Source: an uncultured Acetobacteraceae bacterium
Lineage (GTDB): Bacteria; Pseudomonadota; Alphaproteobacteria; Acetobacterales; Acetobacteraceae
Direction: 5' to 3'
Assembly (NCBI GenBank): GCA_964242925.1
Contig: CAXTBW010000003.1
Span: forward strand, 5,126 to 69,125
Length of the DNA: 64,000 bases
Of the stretch, positions 29,159-39,593 are shown piece by piece. A program made the translations under genes and the position numbers. How positions within the stretch are numbered: position 1 is the first letter of the stretch; each line of letters begins with the position of its first letter. Below the pieces are notes generated by a model, which saw only the letters and a program-made list of their open reading frames with translations, did no database searches and was not told the DNA's origin.

Positions 29159-30819
29159 GTGAAGAGGGAGCCGCGAGTGTTTGGGCTTGGCCTTGGCGTC
29201 GGCGGGAGAGGCGTTCGACGCGGCCGCTGATTGATCGGCTGGCGGCGCCGCTCGACGACATGCTGCATGTGCTGGTGCAAGAATCGTCGGTTGGGATCGC
29301 GATTGTCGACCGCGAGGGCCGGCTGGTGCGGGTGAACGAGGCGCTGCGGCGCATGGTGGATCGTTCGTGCGACCTATCGCCCGGACAACCCGCGCAGGAC
29401 ATTTTCTGCGAGAGCGGCCGCGAGGCGCTGTGGGAAGAATTGTCGCCGGCGCTGCAGGGTCGGCTGCCGCCGCGTAATCTCGTATCGGTGCTGCGCGGCA
29501 AGAAGGGCGCGTCGGAGCAGACGGTGGAGATTTCCGCCGTGGCGCTGCGGGAGGCGGACGGGTCGGTGAGCGGGGCCATTCTGCAGCTGACCGACATATC
29601 GACGCAGAAGAGGTTGGAGGTGCAGCTGGCGCAAAGCCAAAAGCTGCAAGCCGTCGGGCAGCTGGCAGGCGGGATCGCGCACGACTTCAACAACTTGCTG
29701 ACGGCGATCATCGGCGCTTCGGACGATCTGCTGGACGGCGGCGGAGGCGCCGACGCGGCGGACGACGTGCGGCTGATCCGCACGAGCGCGGAGCGCGGCG
29801 CGGCGCTGGTGCGGCAGTTGCTCGCGTTTGGGCGGCAGCAGACGCTGCAACCATGCGAGCTTTCAATCAACGAGGCAGTTGAAGGCCTAACCGGCCTTCT
29901 AAGGCGATTGTTGGGCGGCTCAGTTCAGTTGGAGCTGGAGCTGGAGCAGCCGGGTTGCACTGTGCTGGTGGACCCGACGCAACTGGACCAAGTGTTGGTC
30001 AACCTTGCGGTGAACGCGCGCGACGCTATGCCGGAAGGCGGACAGCTGACATTGCGAACCGGGCACATAACGTTGTTCCGGGCCTTGATCCGCGGGGAGG
30101 AGGCCATCCCGCCAGGGCGCTACGTGATGGTGGAGGTGCAGGACTCCGGATGCGGCATTCCGGCCGACGTGTTGCCGCGAATTTTTGATCCGTTCTTCAC
30201 CACCCGGCGGGAGCGGGGCGGCACCGGGCTTGGCTTATCGACCGTGCACGGCATTATTCGTCAATCCAACGGCTTCTTGGCGGTGGACAGCCTGCCGGGC
30301 AAGGGCACGCGGATGCGGATCTATCTGCCGCGGCGCGATGGCGAAGCGATGGCTATACCGCGCCTTCCACCAGCGGCCACGGTCGCAGCGGCGACGCTGG
30401 TGGCGAGCCCGTCGGCGTCGCCGAGCGGGCCGCGCACAATCCTGTTCGTGGACGACGAGGATGGGGTTCGTCGGCTGGCTTCCAGGGCGTTCTCCAAACG
30501 AGGTTGGACGGTGCTGAGCGCGGAGTCGGCAGAGGCGGCGCTGGCATTGCTGAAACCGAACGGGACTGCCGAGTCGCTAAGCGCGATCGTGTCGGACGTC
30601 GTAATGCCAGGTATGGACGGGTCGGCGTTGGTGCGGGCGGTGCGCGCGTTGCGGCCGGGCTTGCCGGCCATATTGGCATCCGGCTACGCGGAAGAGGCAG
30701 TGCGCGGCGATCTGGCCGCAGAGGGGATCGGGTTCTTGACGAAGCCTTACACTCTGAAGGACATGCTGGCCATTGTTGAGTCTCTGGTGAACGATCAAGC
30801 GGCTGACTCGAACGTTTAA
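29155..30819 (+). CDS. cckA: Hybrid PAS-histidine kinase-REC, CckA-like
   Basis: QKLQAVGQLAGGIAHDFNNLL, NARDAM, GTGLGL, C-terminal REC; conserved flhB-cckA-recA synteny. Confidence 0.85.
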   Translation: MSEEGAASVWAWPWRRRERRSTRPLIDRLAAPLDDMLHVLVQESSVGIAIVDREGRLVRVNEALRRMVDRSCDLSPGQPAQDIFCESGREALWEELSPALQGRLPPRNLVSVLRGKKGASEQTVEISAVALREADGSVSGAILQLTDISTQKRLEVQLAQSQKLQAVGQLAGGIAHDFNNLLTAIIGASDDLLDGGGGADAADDVRLIRTSAERGAALVRQLLAFGRQQTLQPCELSINEAVEGLTGLLRRLLGGSVQLELELEQPGCTVLVDPTQLDQVLVNLAVNARDAMPEGGQLTLRTGHITLFRALIRGEEAIPPGRYVMVEVQDSGCGIPADVLPRIFDPFFTTRRERGGTGLGLSTVHGIIRQSNGFLAVDSLPGKGTRMRIYLPRRDGEAMAIPRLPPAATVAAATLVASPSASPSGPRTILFVDDEDGVRRLASRAFSKRGWTVLSAESAEAALALLKPNGTAESLSAIVSDVVMPGMDGSALVRAVRALRPGLPAILASGYAEEAVRGDLAAEGIGFLTKPYTLKDMLAIVESLVNDQAADSNV

Positions 30820-30873
30820 ATCGAACGACCGACTCCAAATTCCCGCAAAACTGTGATCCCGTTTTGTTCTTGT

Positions 30874-30888
30874 GAACGGGGGGAGAAC
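30874..30888 (+). promoter_or_regulatory. Alphaproteobacterial LexA (SOS) box
   Basis: Exact GAAC-N7-GAAC upstream of recA. Confidence 0.85.
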
Positions 30889-31050
30889 GCTTTATTAACG
30901 GCGGGGTGGCGGCGCTGCGTGTAACGATGAGTATGCGGTCATCGGACAGCTTGCGTGTAAGCCGATGGCCGCGGGTGCGTGATTGCGGGTGCGGTGTGGC
31001 CTGTGCACACTCGCCGCGGCGCCCGCCAGGATGGGATGAGGATCAAAGCG

Positions 31051-32088
31051 ATGGACAAGAACAAGGCGCTGGATGCTGCTCTCGGTCAGATCGAGCGTGC
31101 GTTTGGCAAGGGGTCCATCATGCGGATGGGTGCCCGGTTCAACGACCAGATCGATGTCATTCCGTCTGGTTCGCTAGGGTTGGACCTAGCGCTCGGCATT
31201 GGCGGGCTGCCGCGCGGTCGGATTGTGGAAATTTACGGGCCTGAGAGTTCGGGCAAGACTACGCTCGCGCTGCATGCCATTGCAGAGGCGCAGAAGCGTG
31301 GTGGGACCTGCGCGTTCATCGACGCGGAACACGCGCTCGACCCGATCTATGCGCGCAAGCTGGGAGTGGATGTCGACAATCTTCTGCTGTCTCAGCCGGA
31401 TGGCGGCGAGCAGGCGCTGGAGATCTGCGACACGCTGGTGCGGTCTGGCGCCATCGATATCGTGGTGATCGACAGCGTCGCCGCGCTGGTGCCGCGGGCG
31501 GAGCTGGAGGGCGAGATGGGCGACACGCATGTCGGCCTGCACGCGAGGTTGATGAGCCAGGCATTGCGCAAGCTGACGGGCAGCGTTTCGAAGTCCAAGA
31601 CGATGCTGGTCTTCCTCAATCAGATTCGGCTGAAGATCGGCGTCATGTTCGGCAACCCAGAGACGACGACGGGCGGCAACGCGTTGAAGTTCTACGCTTC
31701 TATTCGCATGGAAATTCGCCGGATCGGACAGATCAAGGATCGCGACGAGGTGGTGGGCAACCAGACCCGCGTGAAGGTGGTCAAGAACAAGTTGGCGCCG
31801 CCGTTCCGCCAGGTGGAGTTCGACATCATGTATGGCGAGGGCATCAGCAAGCGAGGCGAGCTGATCGACCTTGGCGTCAAGGCTGCCGTGGTGGAGAAGT
31901 CCGGCGCCTGGTTTTCCTACGACAGTCAGCGGATCGGGCAGGGGCGGGAGAACGCCAAGAACTTCCTCAAGGACCATCCGGACGTGGCGGCCAGCATCGA
32001 GAAGCGGGTGCGCGACCAGTCGGTCGTGGTGGAGCAGGCGATGATCACAGCGCCTGAGGATGGCGAAGAGGCCGAAGCCGCGGAGTGA
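31051..32088 (+). CDS. recA: Recombinase A
   Basis: [38 protein letters not shown]. Confidence 0.99.
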   Translation: MDKNKALDAALGQIERAFGKGSIMRMGARFNDQIDVIPSGSLGLDLALGIGGLPRGRIVEIYGPESSGKTTLALHAIAEAQKRGGTCAFIDAEHALDPIYARKLGVDVDNLLLSQPDGGEQALEICDTLVRSGAIDIVVIDSVAALVPRAELEGEMGDTHVGLHARLMSQALRKLTGSVSKSKTMLVFLNQIRLKIGVMFGNPETTTGGNALKFYASIRMEIRRIGQIKDRDEVVGNQTRVKVVKNKLAPPFRQVEFDIMYGEGISKRGELIDLGVKAAVVEKSGAWFSYDSQRIGQGRENAKNFLKDHPDVAASIEKRVRDQSVVVEQAMITAPEDGEEAEAAE

Positions 32089-32495
32089 GCCTGGACGCCG
32101 ACGATACCGCGCTGGTCGAGGCCGCGCGCGCCGTACTGGTCAAGCACTACCGCCCACATTGGCATACGGTCGGGGCAGCGCTGCGATCGCGCGACGGTCG
32201 CATTTGGACCGGGGTGCATCTGGGTGCGACAGTCGGCCGCCTCTCCGTTTGCGCGGAAGCGGTCGCTCTGGGCCGGGCCATCCTGGAGGGCGATGGCACA
32301 GTGGCGTGCGCCGTTGCGGTGCGGCATCCGAAGGCGGAGGAAAGCGTGCGGGAGATCGCCATCGTCTCCCCGTGCGGCGCCTGCCGGGAAATGCTGACCG
32401 ACTACGACCCGGCCGCGGAGGTGATCATGCCGGGCGCTGTCGGACCGGTCCGTATGCCAGTGCGACTGTTGCTGCCGCTGCCGTATCAGCGATGA
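32085..32495 (+). CDS. Cytidine deaminase family protein (CAE...PCGACRE type)
   Basis: [23 protein letters not shown]; GTGA overlap with recA stop. Confidence 0.85.
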   Translation: MSLDADDTALVEAARAVLVKHYRPHWHTVGAALRSRDGRIWTGVHLGATVGRLSVCAEAVALGRAILEGDGTVACAVAVRHPKAEESVREIAIVSPCGACREMLTDYDPAAEVIMPGAVGPVRMPVRLLLPLPYQR

Positions 32496-32500
32496 GTGAT

Positions 32501-32525
32501 GGAACAGAACGGGCACAATGACGTT
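32501..32525 (+). promoter_or_regulatory. Sigma-EcfG type promoter
   Basis: Exact GGAAC-N16-CGTT ending 8 bp before ATG 32534. Confidence 0.72.
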
Positions 32526-32533
32526 CTGTCGAT

Positions 32534-32764
32534 ATGAGCACGAACCCGAAAACTCCCCCCGATGACGACGTTCCTTCCAACACGGTCAAGGACCCGGACA
32601 CCTGGACGACTGGCGATGAAACCATGACCGGCGCGCAAGCCTCTTATCTGAAGACATTGTGCGAAGAGGCTGGCGAAGAGTTCGATCCCTCGCTCAGCAA
32701 AGCCGATGCATCGAAGCGGATCGATGCGTTGCAGGGCAAAACGGGACGCGGCAAGACGCATTAG
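32534..32764 (+). CDS. DUF3072 family small protein
   Basis: KDPDTWTTGDETMTGAQASYLKTL...SKADASKRIDAL. Confidence 0.88.
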   Translation: MSTNPKTPPDDDVPSNTVKDPDTWTTGDETMTGAQASYLKTLCEEAGEEFDPSLSKADASKRIDALQGKTGRGKTH

Positions 32765-32811
32765 GCATCAGCCTTGACCCGACCATCTTCCGAAGGCGTG
32801 GAAGGGTCGGG

Positions 32812-33681
32812 TTAAACGGTAAAGCCGTAGAGGCGGGCGGGGTTGTCGACCAGGATTCGCTTTTGCGCCGCCGGGTCCGGCACCCATGCCATAAAAGCGT
32901 CGAGGAGCGCTCCGTCGTCGGGCATCTCAGCTTTGAAGGTCGGATGCGGCCAGTCCGTGCCCCAGACGCACCGGTCAGGGGCTGCTTCGGCCATTGCCCG
33001 GGCGAACTGCGTTATGTCGGCGTATGGCAGATGCTCGTTGGAGCAGCGATAGCCGCATAGCTTGGCCCAGACCATGTCGTGCTTCAGAAGTCGCAGCAAC
33101 GACTGAAAGCCAGGTGCGCCAGTGCCGTCACGCGGGTTGAGGTGTCCCATGTGGTCGATCACGACGGGAACGGGCAGCGCCAGGATGGCATCGGCGAGGC
33201 GCGCGACATCTGCGATATTCAGATAAAGTTGGATGTGCCAGCCGAGCGGCGCAATCAGATCGGCAATGCGAGCCATTTGGTCGACCGGAGTGCCGTTGCC
33301 CGTGACGGCGTTGATGCGCACACCTCGGGCGCCTGCTGCGTTCATGCGGGCGAGTTCGGCTGGGTCAGCGGTCTCGTCGATCACGACGACGGCCCGGGTG
33401 CGGTCCATGCCCAGCTTGGCGACCGCGTCCATCGTGCAGCGATTGTCCGTGCCATAGACGCTGGCCTGGACGATCACCGAGCGTTCCATCCCAAGCGTCG
33501 CCTGCATGCGGCGGAACGCCTCGATCGACGCGGGTGGCGGCGTGTAGGTCCGGCCGGGGCCGAGGGGAAACACCTCGTCAGGGCCGAAGATGTGGTAGTG
33601 GCAGTCGCATGCGCCACTTGCCGGCAAGGTATGCGGCCGACGTGATTGCGCGAGCGCCGGGGCGCATAAGGGCGCGCTCAC
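32812..33681 (-). CDS. Amidohydrolase_2 family lactonase (LigI-like)
   Basis: CDCHYHIFG, VQASVYGTDN, VIDHMGH, WGTDWPHP, LVDNPARLYGF. Confidence 0.88.
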   Translation of the reverse strand: MSAPLCAPALAQSRRPHTLPASGACDCHYHIFGPDEVFPLGPGRTYTPPPASIEAFRRMQATLGMERSVIVQASVYGTDNRCTMDAVAKLGMDRTRAVVVIDETADPAELARMNAAGARGVRINAVTGNGTPVDQMARIADLIAPLGWHIQLYLNIADVARLADAILALPVPVVIDHMGHLNPRDGTGAPGFQSLLRLLKHDMVWAKLCGYRCSNEHLPYADITQFARAMAEAAPDRCVWGTDWPHPTFKAEMPDDGALLDAFMAWVPDPAAQKRILVDNPARLYGFTV

Positions 33682-33848
33682 GTGGCCCTCGCGATCAGGT
33701 ACGGCTGGCAGCTGTTGGACATCGATTCCTCCCGCGGAAAGCTTCGGGCGAGTGCGACCCGGCTGTCAATCAAGAGGTGGAACGAGGCGGGCGCGGTTGA
33801 CGGTGGCGCCGCGAGAGCCTTTCTTGCGGTCTGGTGAGGGCTTAAGCC

Positions 33849-35240
33849 ATGACAAGCGACGTGTTCCACGTGGGCAACGGCGCCGGGTTCTCGGGCGATC
33901 GGGTCGATGCGCCCGGACCGGTCGTCGACACCCTGATCGCGTCGGGCCGCCCGGCCGCGTTCTTCCTCGAGGTGCTGGGCGAGCGCACCGTAGCGCTGGC
34001 GCAATTGGAGCGCCGGCGAGACCCGTCGCGCGGTTATGAACCGATGCTGGAGCGCCTGCTCGACCCGGTTCTCGCGCGCTGCGCCCGGCACGGCATAAGC
34101 ATCCTGGGGAATTTCGGCGGCGCCAACCCGCCGGCGGCCGCGGCGTTGCTGGCGCGCATAGCGCTGCGGCACGGCTTGCCGGACCTGCGGATCGCCATCG
34201 TCGAGGGCGACGACGTGCGCGACAGTCTCGATCTATCGACTTTGGACGTGCATGAGGCCGATGCGACCATCGGTGGAGCGGGTATGGGATCGCTGGTGGC
34301 CGCCAATGCCTATCTCGGCGCGGCGCCGATGGTGGAGGCGCTGCGGCAAGGAGCGCAGGTCGTTGTGGCCGGCCGAGTGGCGGACCCGTCGCTGGCGTTG
34401 GCCCCGCTGATCCATCATTTCGGATGGGCGGAAGACGACTGGGACCGCTTGGCCGCGGGCACGATGGCCGGGCACCTGCTGGAATGCGGCAGCCAGGTCA
34501 CCGGCGGCGTCTACTACGACCCGGGGTTCAAGGACGTTCCCGACCCGGCCAATCTCGGCTTCCCGATCGCGGAAGTCGCGCGCGACGGCAGCCTGGTGAT
34601 CACCAAGGCGGCGAACACCGGTGGCCTGGTCAACGAGCAGACGGTGAAGGAGCAGCTGCTCTACGAAATCCACGACCCCGCGCATTACCTGACGCCGGAC
34701 GTGCAGCTCGACGTCACCGGGGTCCGGGTGGCGCAGGTCGGTCCGAACCGGGTCGCGGTGTCCGGCGCGCGAGGGCGGGCGGCGCCGACGACGCTGAAGG
34801 TCACCGCGAGCTTTGACGCCAGCTTTCTTGGCGAAGGCGAGTTCTCGTTGGCGGGGCCGAACTGCCTAGCGCGCGCCCGGCTGGCGCGGGACGTGCTGCT
34901 GCAGCGGTTGCAGCAACGCGGCTTGGCGGTGCGCGCGCGGGTCGACCTGATCGGGGTGGCCAGCGTGCATGACGGAGATGGCGGCGCGCTGGCCTCGGCG
35001 TATCGCGGGCCGGAGCCGGAGGAGGTTCGGGTTCGCCTGGCGGCCGAAGGGACGGATCGGGACGACGTGGATCAAGCCGCGCGGGAGGTGCTGGCGATGC
35101 TGTGCTGCGGCCCTGCAGGCAGTTGCGGCGCGCGCTGGAGCGTCACCCCGCGTATCCGCACGCGGTCCTATCTCGCGCCGCGGGACCGGGTGACTGCGAC
35201 CGTGCGGGTGGCGACGGCGCGGGCGTTGAGCAACCAATGA
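33849..35240 (+). CDS. AtuA (DUF1446) family protein
   Basis: GAGFSGDR, EVLGERT, AGRVADPSL, GHLLECG, KEQLLYEIHDP. Confidence 0.88.
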   Translation: MTSDVFHVGNGAGFSGDRVDAPGPVVDTLIASGRPAAFFLEVLGERTVALAQLERRRDPSRGYEPMLERLLDPVLARCARHGISILGNFGGANPPAAAALLARIALRHGLPDLRIAIVEGDDVRDSLDLSTLDVHEADATIGGAGMGSLVAANAYLGAAPMVEALRQGAQVVVAGRVADPSLALAPLIHHFGWAEDDWDRLAAGTMAGHLLECGSQVTGGVYYDPGFKDVPDPANLGFPIAEVARDGSLVITKAANTGGLVNEQTVKEQLLYEIHDPAHYLTPDVQLDVTGVRVAQVGPNRVAVSGARGRAAPTTLKVTASFDASFLGEGEFSLAGPNCLARARLARDVLLQRLQQRGLAVRARVDLIGVASVHDGDGGALASAYRGPEPEEVRVRLAAEGTDRDDVDQAAREVLAMLCCGPAGSCGARWSVTPRIRTRSYLAPRDRVTATVRVATARALSNQ

Positions 35241-35587
35241 CCGTCACCGTGCAGCTGCATCGCGTCGCGCACTCCCGCGCTGGCGACAAGGGCAACCGGG
35301 TGAACCTCAGCCTGATTCCTTACGACCCGGCGTTGTATGACTTGCTCGCGGAGCAGGTGACGGAGGCGCGTGTGCTGGGCCTGTTCCGCCACCGCGGCGC
35401 CACCCGCGTCGTGCGCTATGACTTGCCGCTGCTGCACGCGTTTAACTTCGTGGTGGACGACGTGCTGGAGGGGGGCGTGAACACCGCGCTCAATCTGGAC
35501 GGCCATGGCAAGTCGCATTCGTTCCGTCTGCTTGCGATCGAGGTCGACGTGCCGCAGCAGGCGGTGCGCGGCGAGGCGCCGGATTGA
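35237..35587 (+). CDS. AtuA C-terminal-like small protein
   Basis: AHSRAGDKGN, LEGGVNTALNLDGHGKS. Confidence 0.8.
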   Translation: MTVTVQLHRVAHSRAGDKGNRVNLSLIPYDPALYDLLAEQVTEARVLGLFRHRGATRVVRYDLPLLHAFNFVVDDVLEGGVNTALNLDGHGKSHSFRLLAIEVDVPQQAVRGEAPD

Positions 35588-36060
35588 CGCAGGCGGTGTT
35601 TTCCCGCCGGACCACCGCAAGGCTCGACCAGGCCGACGCGGCCTGCGCCGGGCGTGGCGCACGGTTGACGGAGCTGCGGCGGCTGGTGCTGGGCCTGGTG
35701 CTGGACAGTCCGAAACCGGCCGGCGCGTATGAGCTGCTGGATCGGCTGCGTGGGCATCACGCCGGGTCGGCCCCGCCGACGGTGTATCGCGCGCTCGACT
35801 TCCTGTTGGAGCAGGGCCTGATCCACAAGGTCGAACGGCTGTCCGCATTCGTCGGCTGCGTGCATGGGACGGCGCCGCACAGCCATGCCGAGGTCGCGCA
35901 CACGGTGCAGTTCCTGATCTGCACGCAATGCGGGCGGGTGGAGGAGCTGAGCGACCCGGCCATCGGCGAGGCGCTGCAGGGCGCCGCTTCGGGCAGCGGT
36001 TTCGTGATCCACGGCTCGACGGTGGAGGCGGTTGGCATCTGCGGCGCGTGCAGCCGGTAG
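35584..36060 (+). CDS. zur: Fur-family regulator, Zur-like
   Basis: LTELRRLVL, AYELL, PPTVYRALDFL, CTQC and CGAC. Confidence 0.85.
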   Translation: MTQAVFSRRTTARLDQADAACAGRGARLTELRRLVLGLVLDSPKPAGAYELLDRLRGHHAGSAPPTVYRALDFLLEQGLIHKVERLSAFVGCVHGTAPHSHAEVAHTVQFLICTQCGRVEELSDPAIGEALQGAASGSGFVIHGSTVEAVGICGACSR

Positions 36061-36062
36061 GG

Positions 36063-36758
36063 ATGCGCGTGCATCGCTTCGACACCGTCGCGTCCACCAT
36101 GGACGAGGCGCGCCGGTTGGCTGCGGCCGGTTGGCCGCACGGGGTCGCCGCGGTGGCGCGGGTGCAGGCCGCCGGGCGCGGCCGCGGCGGGCGGGCCTGG
36201 GTGAGTCCGCCGGGCAATCTGCATGTCACGATGGTGCTGCGCCCCGGCGGCTCGGCGCGGCAGGCGCCGGAGTTGGGGTTCGTCGTGGCAGTGGCGGTGG
36301 CGGAGGCGGTCGATGCGCTGTTGGGGCCGGGCACGGCGCTGAAATGGCCGAACGACGTGATGCGCGACGGGGCCAAGCTGGCCGGCATCCTGCTGGAACG
36401 GCAAGATGACGGCGCCGTGCTGGCGGGGATCGGCGCGAACGTGGCGCATGCGCCGGTGGACATGCCTTACCCGGTCACCAGCTTGGCGTCGCTCGGCAGC
36501 GATGCCACTGCGGATGCGCTGCTGACCTTGCTGCTGGACAGGCTGGACGACGGCTGGGACGCCTGGCGCGCAACCGGTTTTGCCCCGGTGCTGGAACGCT
36601 GGTTGGCGCGCGGGCCGGCGCTGGGGGCGGCGATGCAGGTGCGACTCGGGGCGGGGCAGGTGGTCGGCCGGTTTGCCGGGTTGACGCAGGACGGGGCGCT
36701 GCTGCTGGACACGGCGGACGGGCGGCGGTCGTTCGTGGCGGGAGATGTGTTGCAGTGA
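36063..36758 (+). CDS. birA: Biotin-protein ligase (no HTH)
   Basis: [34 protein letters not shown]. Confidence 0.92.
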   Translation: MRVHRFDTVASTMDEARRLAAAGWPHGVAAVARVQAAGRGRGGRAWVSPPGNLHVTMVLRPGGSARQAPELGFVVAVAVAEAVDALLGPGTALKWPNDVMRDGAKLAGILLERQDDGAVLAGIGANVAHAPVDMPYPVTSLASLGSDATADALLTLLLDRLDDGWDAWRATGFAPVLERWLARGPALGAAMQVRLGAGQVVGRFAGLTQDGALLLDTADGRRSFVAGDVLQ

Positions 36759-36795
36759 GCTTGCATCACGCTTCCCCCGCCTTCAAAACGATGGG

Positions 36796-37566
36796 GTGTT
36801 GAAGCTTCGAGTCATTCCTTGCCTGGATGTGAAGGACGGCCGGGTCGTCAAGGGGGTCAACTTTGTCGCATTGCGCGACGCTGGGGACCCCGTGGAGCAG
36901 GCGGCCGTCTACGATGCGGCCGGCGCGGACGAGCTGACCTTCCTCGACATCACTGCAAGCCACGAAAACCGCGACACGATCTACGACGTGGTGAGCCGGA
37001 CCGCGGCGCGGGTGTTCCTGCCGTTGACGGTGGGCGGCGGCGTGCGGTCGACCGGCGACATGCGCAAGCTGCTGCTGGCGGGGGCGGACAAGTGCAGCAT
37101 GAACTCGGCGGCGATTGCGCGGCCCGAACTGGTGGCGGAGGCGGCGGAGAAGTTCGGCAGCCAGTGCGTGGTGGTGGCGGTCGACGCGCGGGCCTCGGGC
37201 CCGGGGCGGTGGGAGGTGTTCACGCATGGCGGTCGGCAGGCGACGGGGCTGGATGCAGTCGATTGGTGCCGGCGGGCTGTGAGCCTGGGCGCGGGAGAGA
37301 TCCTGCTGACCAGCATGGACCGTGACGGGACGGGACGCGGGTTCGATGGCGATCTGTTGCGCGCCGTGTGCGGCGCAATTCGCGCGCCGGTGGTGGCGAG
37401 CGGCGGGGTGGGAACGCTGCAGCACTTTGTCGAGGGCGCGCAGGCGGGGGCGACCGGGCTGCTGGCGGCGTCGGTGTTCCACTTCGGGACGTTCACCATC
37501 CCGCAGGTGAAGGCCGCGCTGCACGCGGCCGGGCTGCCCGTGCGACAGCAACGGGACTTCGCGTGA
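36796..37566 (+). CDS. hisF: Imidazole glycerol phosphate synthase cyclase
   Basis: [38 protein letters not shown]. Confidence 0.97.
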   Translation: MLKLRVIPCLDVKDGRVVKGVNFVALRDAGDPVEQAAVYDAAGADELTFLDITASHENRDTIYDVVSRTAARVFLPLTVGGGVRSTGDMRKLLLAGADKCSMNSAAIARPELVAEAAEKFGSQCVVVAVDARASGPGRWEVFTHGGRQATGLDAVDWCRRAVSLGAGEILLTSMDRDGTGRGFDGDLLRAVCGAIRAPVVASGGVGTLQHFVEGAQAGATGLLAASVFHFGTFTIPQVKAALHAAGLPVRQQRDFA

Positions 37567-37985
37567 TGGCGAAGAAGATCGTTCCGTCGAAGAAAGTCGC
37601 TGGGCCGAAGAAGCTCGTCAAAAGCGCTGTCGTGTCGCGGGCGGACGTGCTGAACCGGTTGTGGTCCGTGATTGTGCAGCGCCGGAAAGCAGACCCGGCT
37701 TCGAGTCACTCGGCGCGATTGCTGGGGCGGGGCCGGGCGAAGATCGCGCAGAAGTTCGGCGAGGAAGCGGTCGAGTGCCTGATCGAGGCGGCGCTCGGGA
37801 ACCGCGACGCGCTGGTCGCCGAGAGCGCCGACGTGCTGTACCATCTGCTGGTGATGTGGGTCGCGGCCGACGTGAAACCGGATGCCGTGTGGGCGGAACT
37901 GGAGCGGCGCGAGGGCATTTCCGGCGTCGCCGAGAAAGCATCGCGCTCGCTGCCGGCGGTGAGCGGCACCCGCAAAATCCCCTGA
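37566..37985 (+). CDS. hisE: Phosphoribosyl-ATP diphosphatase
   Basis: [26 protein letters not shown]. Confidence 0.93.
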   Translation: MAKKIVPSKKVAGPKKLVKSAVVSRADVLNRLWSVIVQRRKADPASSHSARLLGRGRAKIAQKFGEEAVECLIEAALGNRDALVAESADVLYHLLVMWVAADVKPDAVWAELERREGISGVAEKASRSLPAVSGTRKIP

Positions 37986-37998
37986 CGAGGAGTGGACG

Positions 37999-38388
37999 AT
38001 GCCAGTGAGCGGACTGGGGCCATACGACGACGCCAATATCTTCGCCCGGCTGCTGCGGGGGGAGATCCCCTCCAAGCGCGTCTACGAGGACGACTGGGCG
38101 GTGGCGTTCCATGACATTTCGCCGCAAGCGCCGGTGCATGTCCTGATTGTCCCGCGCGGCCGCTATGTGTCGCTGGCGGACTTCACCCGCGATGCGTCGG
38201 ATGCGGAGGTGGCGGGGTTCCTCCGGGCGGTTGGAGCGGTGGCGCGTCAGTTGGGGCTTGAGGAGCCGGGTTACCGCGCGCTGGCCAACATGGGCGGGCA
38301 TGGCGGGCAGGAAGTGCCGCACTTCCACGTCCACTTGTTCGGCGGCCAGGCGCTATCTGGCCGGATGGTCATGCCGCGAGACGTCTGA
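37999..38388 (+). CDS. HIT family nucleotide-binding protein
   Basis: YDDANIFA, DISPQAPVHVL, QEVPHFHVHL. Confidence 0.93.
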   Translation: MPVSGLGPYDDANIFARLLRGEIPSKRVYEDDWAVAFHDISPQAPVHVLIVPRGRYVSLADFTRDASDAEVAGFLRAVGAVARQLGLEEPGYRALANMGGHGGQEVPHFHVHLFGGQALSGRMVMPRDV

Positions 38389-38394
38389 CGCGCG

Positions 38395-38895
38395 TCAGAC
38401 GTCCAGGCGGCGGATCACCTCGGCCACGGTGCGCTCCACCGCCCCCCCGACATCGACCTCGATGACGTGCTCGTCCGGCCCGGGTTCCTCCAGGGTGGCA
38501 AGTTGGCTGTCGAGCAGGGTGGTGGGCATGTATTCGTGATGACGGCCCTGGACGTGCGCCTCCAGCGTGGCGCGATCGCCGTGCAGGTAGACGATTTGCA
38601 CGCCAGGTTTGCCGTTACCGATCCGGTCGCGGTACGCCCGCTTCAGCGCCGAACAAGTGATGACGCCGCTAGTCCCGGTGCGCAGCCGCGCGTCGACCCA
38701 GTCCGCGATGATGGCCAGCCAAGGCGCGCGGTCGGTGTCGTCCAGGGGATGGCCGGACGCCATCTTCGCCACGTTGGCCGGCGGGTGCAGCTTGTCGCCC
38801 TCCTGGAACATCCAGCCCAGTGCGCCCGCAAGCCGTTCGGCGACCGTTGTCTTGCCGGAGCCGGAAACGCCCATGACGATCACGACCCGGCTCAC
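38395..38895 (-). CDS. gntK: Gluconokinase
   Basis: MGVSGSGKTT, EGDKLHP, CSALKRAYRD, LLDSQLATLEEP. Confidence 0.92.
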   Translation of the reverse strand: MSRVVIVMGVSGSGKTTVAERLAGALGWMFQEGDKLHPPANVAKMASGHPLDDTDRAPWLAIIADWVDARLRTGTSGVITCSALKRAYRDRIGNGKPGVQIVYLHGDRATLEAHVQGRHHEYMPTTLLDSQLATLEEPGPDEHVIEVDVGGAVERTVAEVIRRLDV

Positions 38896-39593
38896 GGCGC
38901 GCTCGTCGGGTTCAACACGCGCACCCCCGCCGGGTCGGCGACGTAGACGGCGGTCGTGCGGGCGATGAACAGCCCCGTCTCCACCACGCCGACAATAGCC
39001 TGCAACTGCCGGTCGAGCGCGGCCGGGTCGGGGATCGGAGGCATATGGCAATCCAGGATCAGGTTGCCGCCGTCGGTGCGGAAAGGAGCGCCGGCCAGGT
39101 CCTGACGCAATACCGGGCGTCCACCGAGCGCGGCGATGCGCGCGGCGGTGGCGCGCCAGCCGAACGGAGTCACTTCGACGGGGATAGGGGAGTTGGCGCC
39201 CAGACGATCCACCAACTTGCTGCCATCCACCACGATCAGGAGGCGATCGCTCGCCTGGGCGACCATCTTTTCCCGCAACAGCGCGCCGCCGAGACCTTTC
39301 ACCAAGTCCAGCGACCCGGCGGCGACCGCGTCGGCGCCGTCGATGGTGAGGTCGAGCCGAGTGGCGCCGTCCAATTCGATGAGCGGAATGCCGCCCTCGA
39401 GCGCCTGCTGGCCGCTGCGCTCGGACGTGGGGACGGCGGTGATGTTGAGACCGTCGCGCACGCGGGCGATCAGGCTGGCGATGGCCCAGGTTGCCGTCGA
39501 CCCGGTGCCAAGGCCGACCGACATCCCGTCCTGCACCAGCGCCGCGGCGGCCTCGGCGGCCTGTCGCTTGAGCGCGGTTTGGGCGTCGCTCAT
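38892..39593 (-). CDS. rpiA: Ribose-5-phosphate isomerase A
   Basis: GLGTGST, IDGADAV, KGLGGALLREK, GVVETGLF. Confidence 0.96.
   Translation of the reverse strand: MSDAQTALKRQAAEAAAALVQDGMSVGLGTGSTATWAIASLIARVRDGLNITAVPTSERSGQQALEGGIPLIELDGATRLDLTIDGADAVAAGSLDLVKGLGGALLREKMVAQASDRLLIVVDGSKLVDRLGANSPIPVEVTPFGWRATAARIAALGGRPVLRQDLAGAPFRTDGGNLILDCHMPPIPDPAALDRQLQAIVGVVETGLFIARTTAVYVADPAGVRVLNPTSAP

Noticed and set aside
29800-33700. Slightly more A/T-rich codon usage suggesting foreign DNA
   Set aside because: It covers core genes (cckA, recA); no integrase, tRNA or flanking repeats; not quantified
33779-33804. GGAAC-N17-CGGT upstream of the AtuA-like gene
   Set aside because: The -10 element mismatches CGTT; too weak to call
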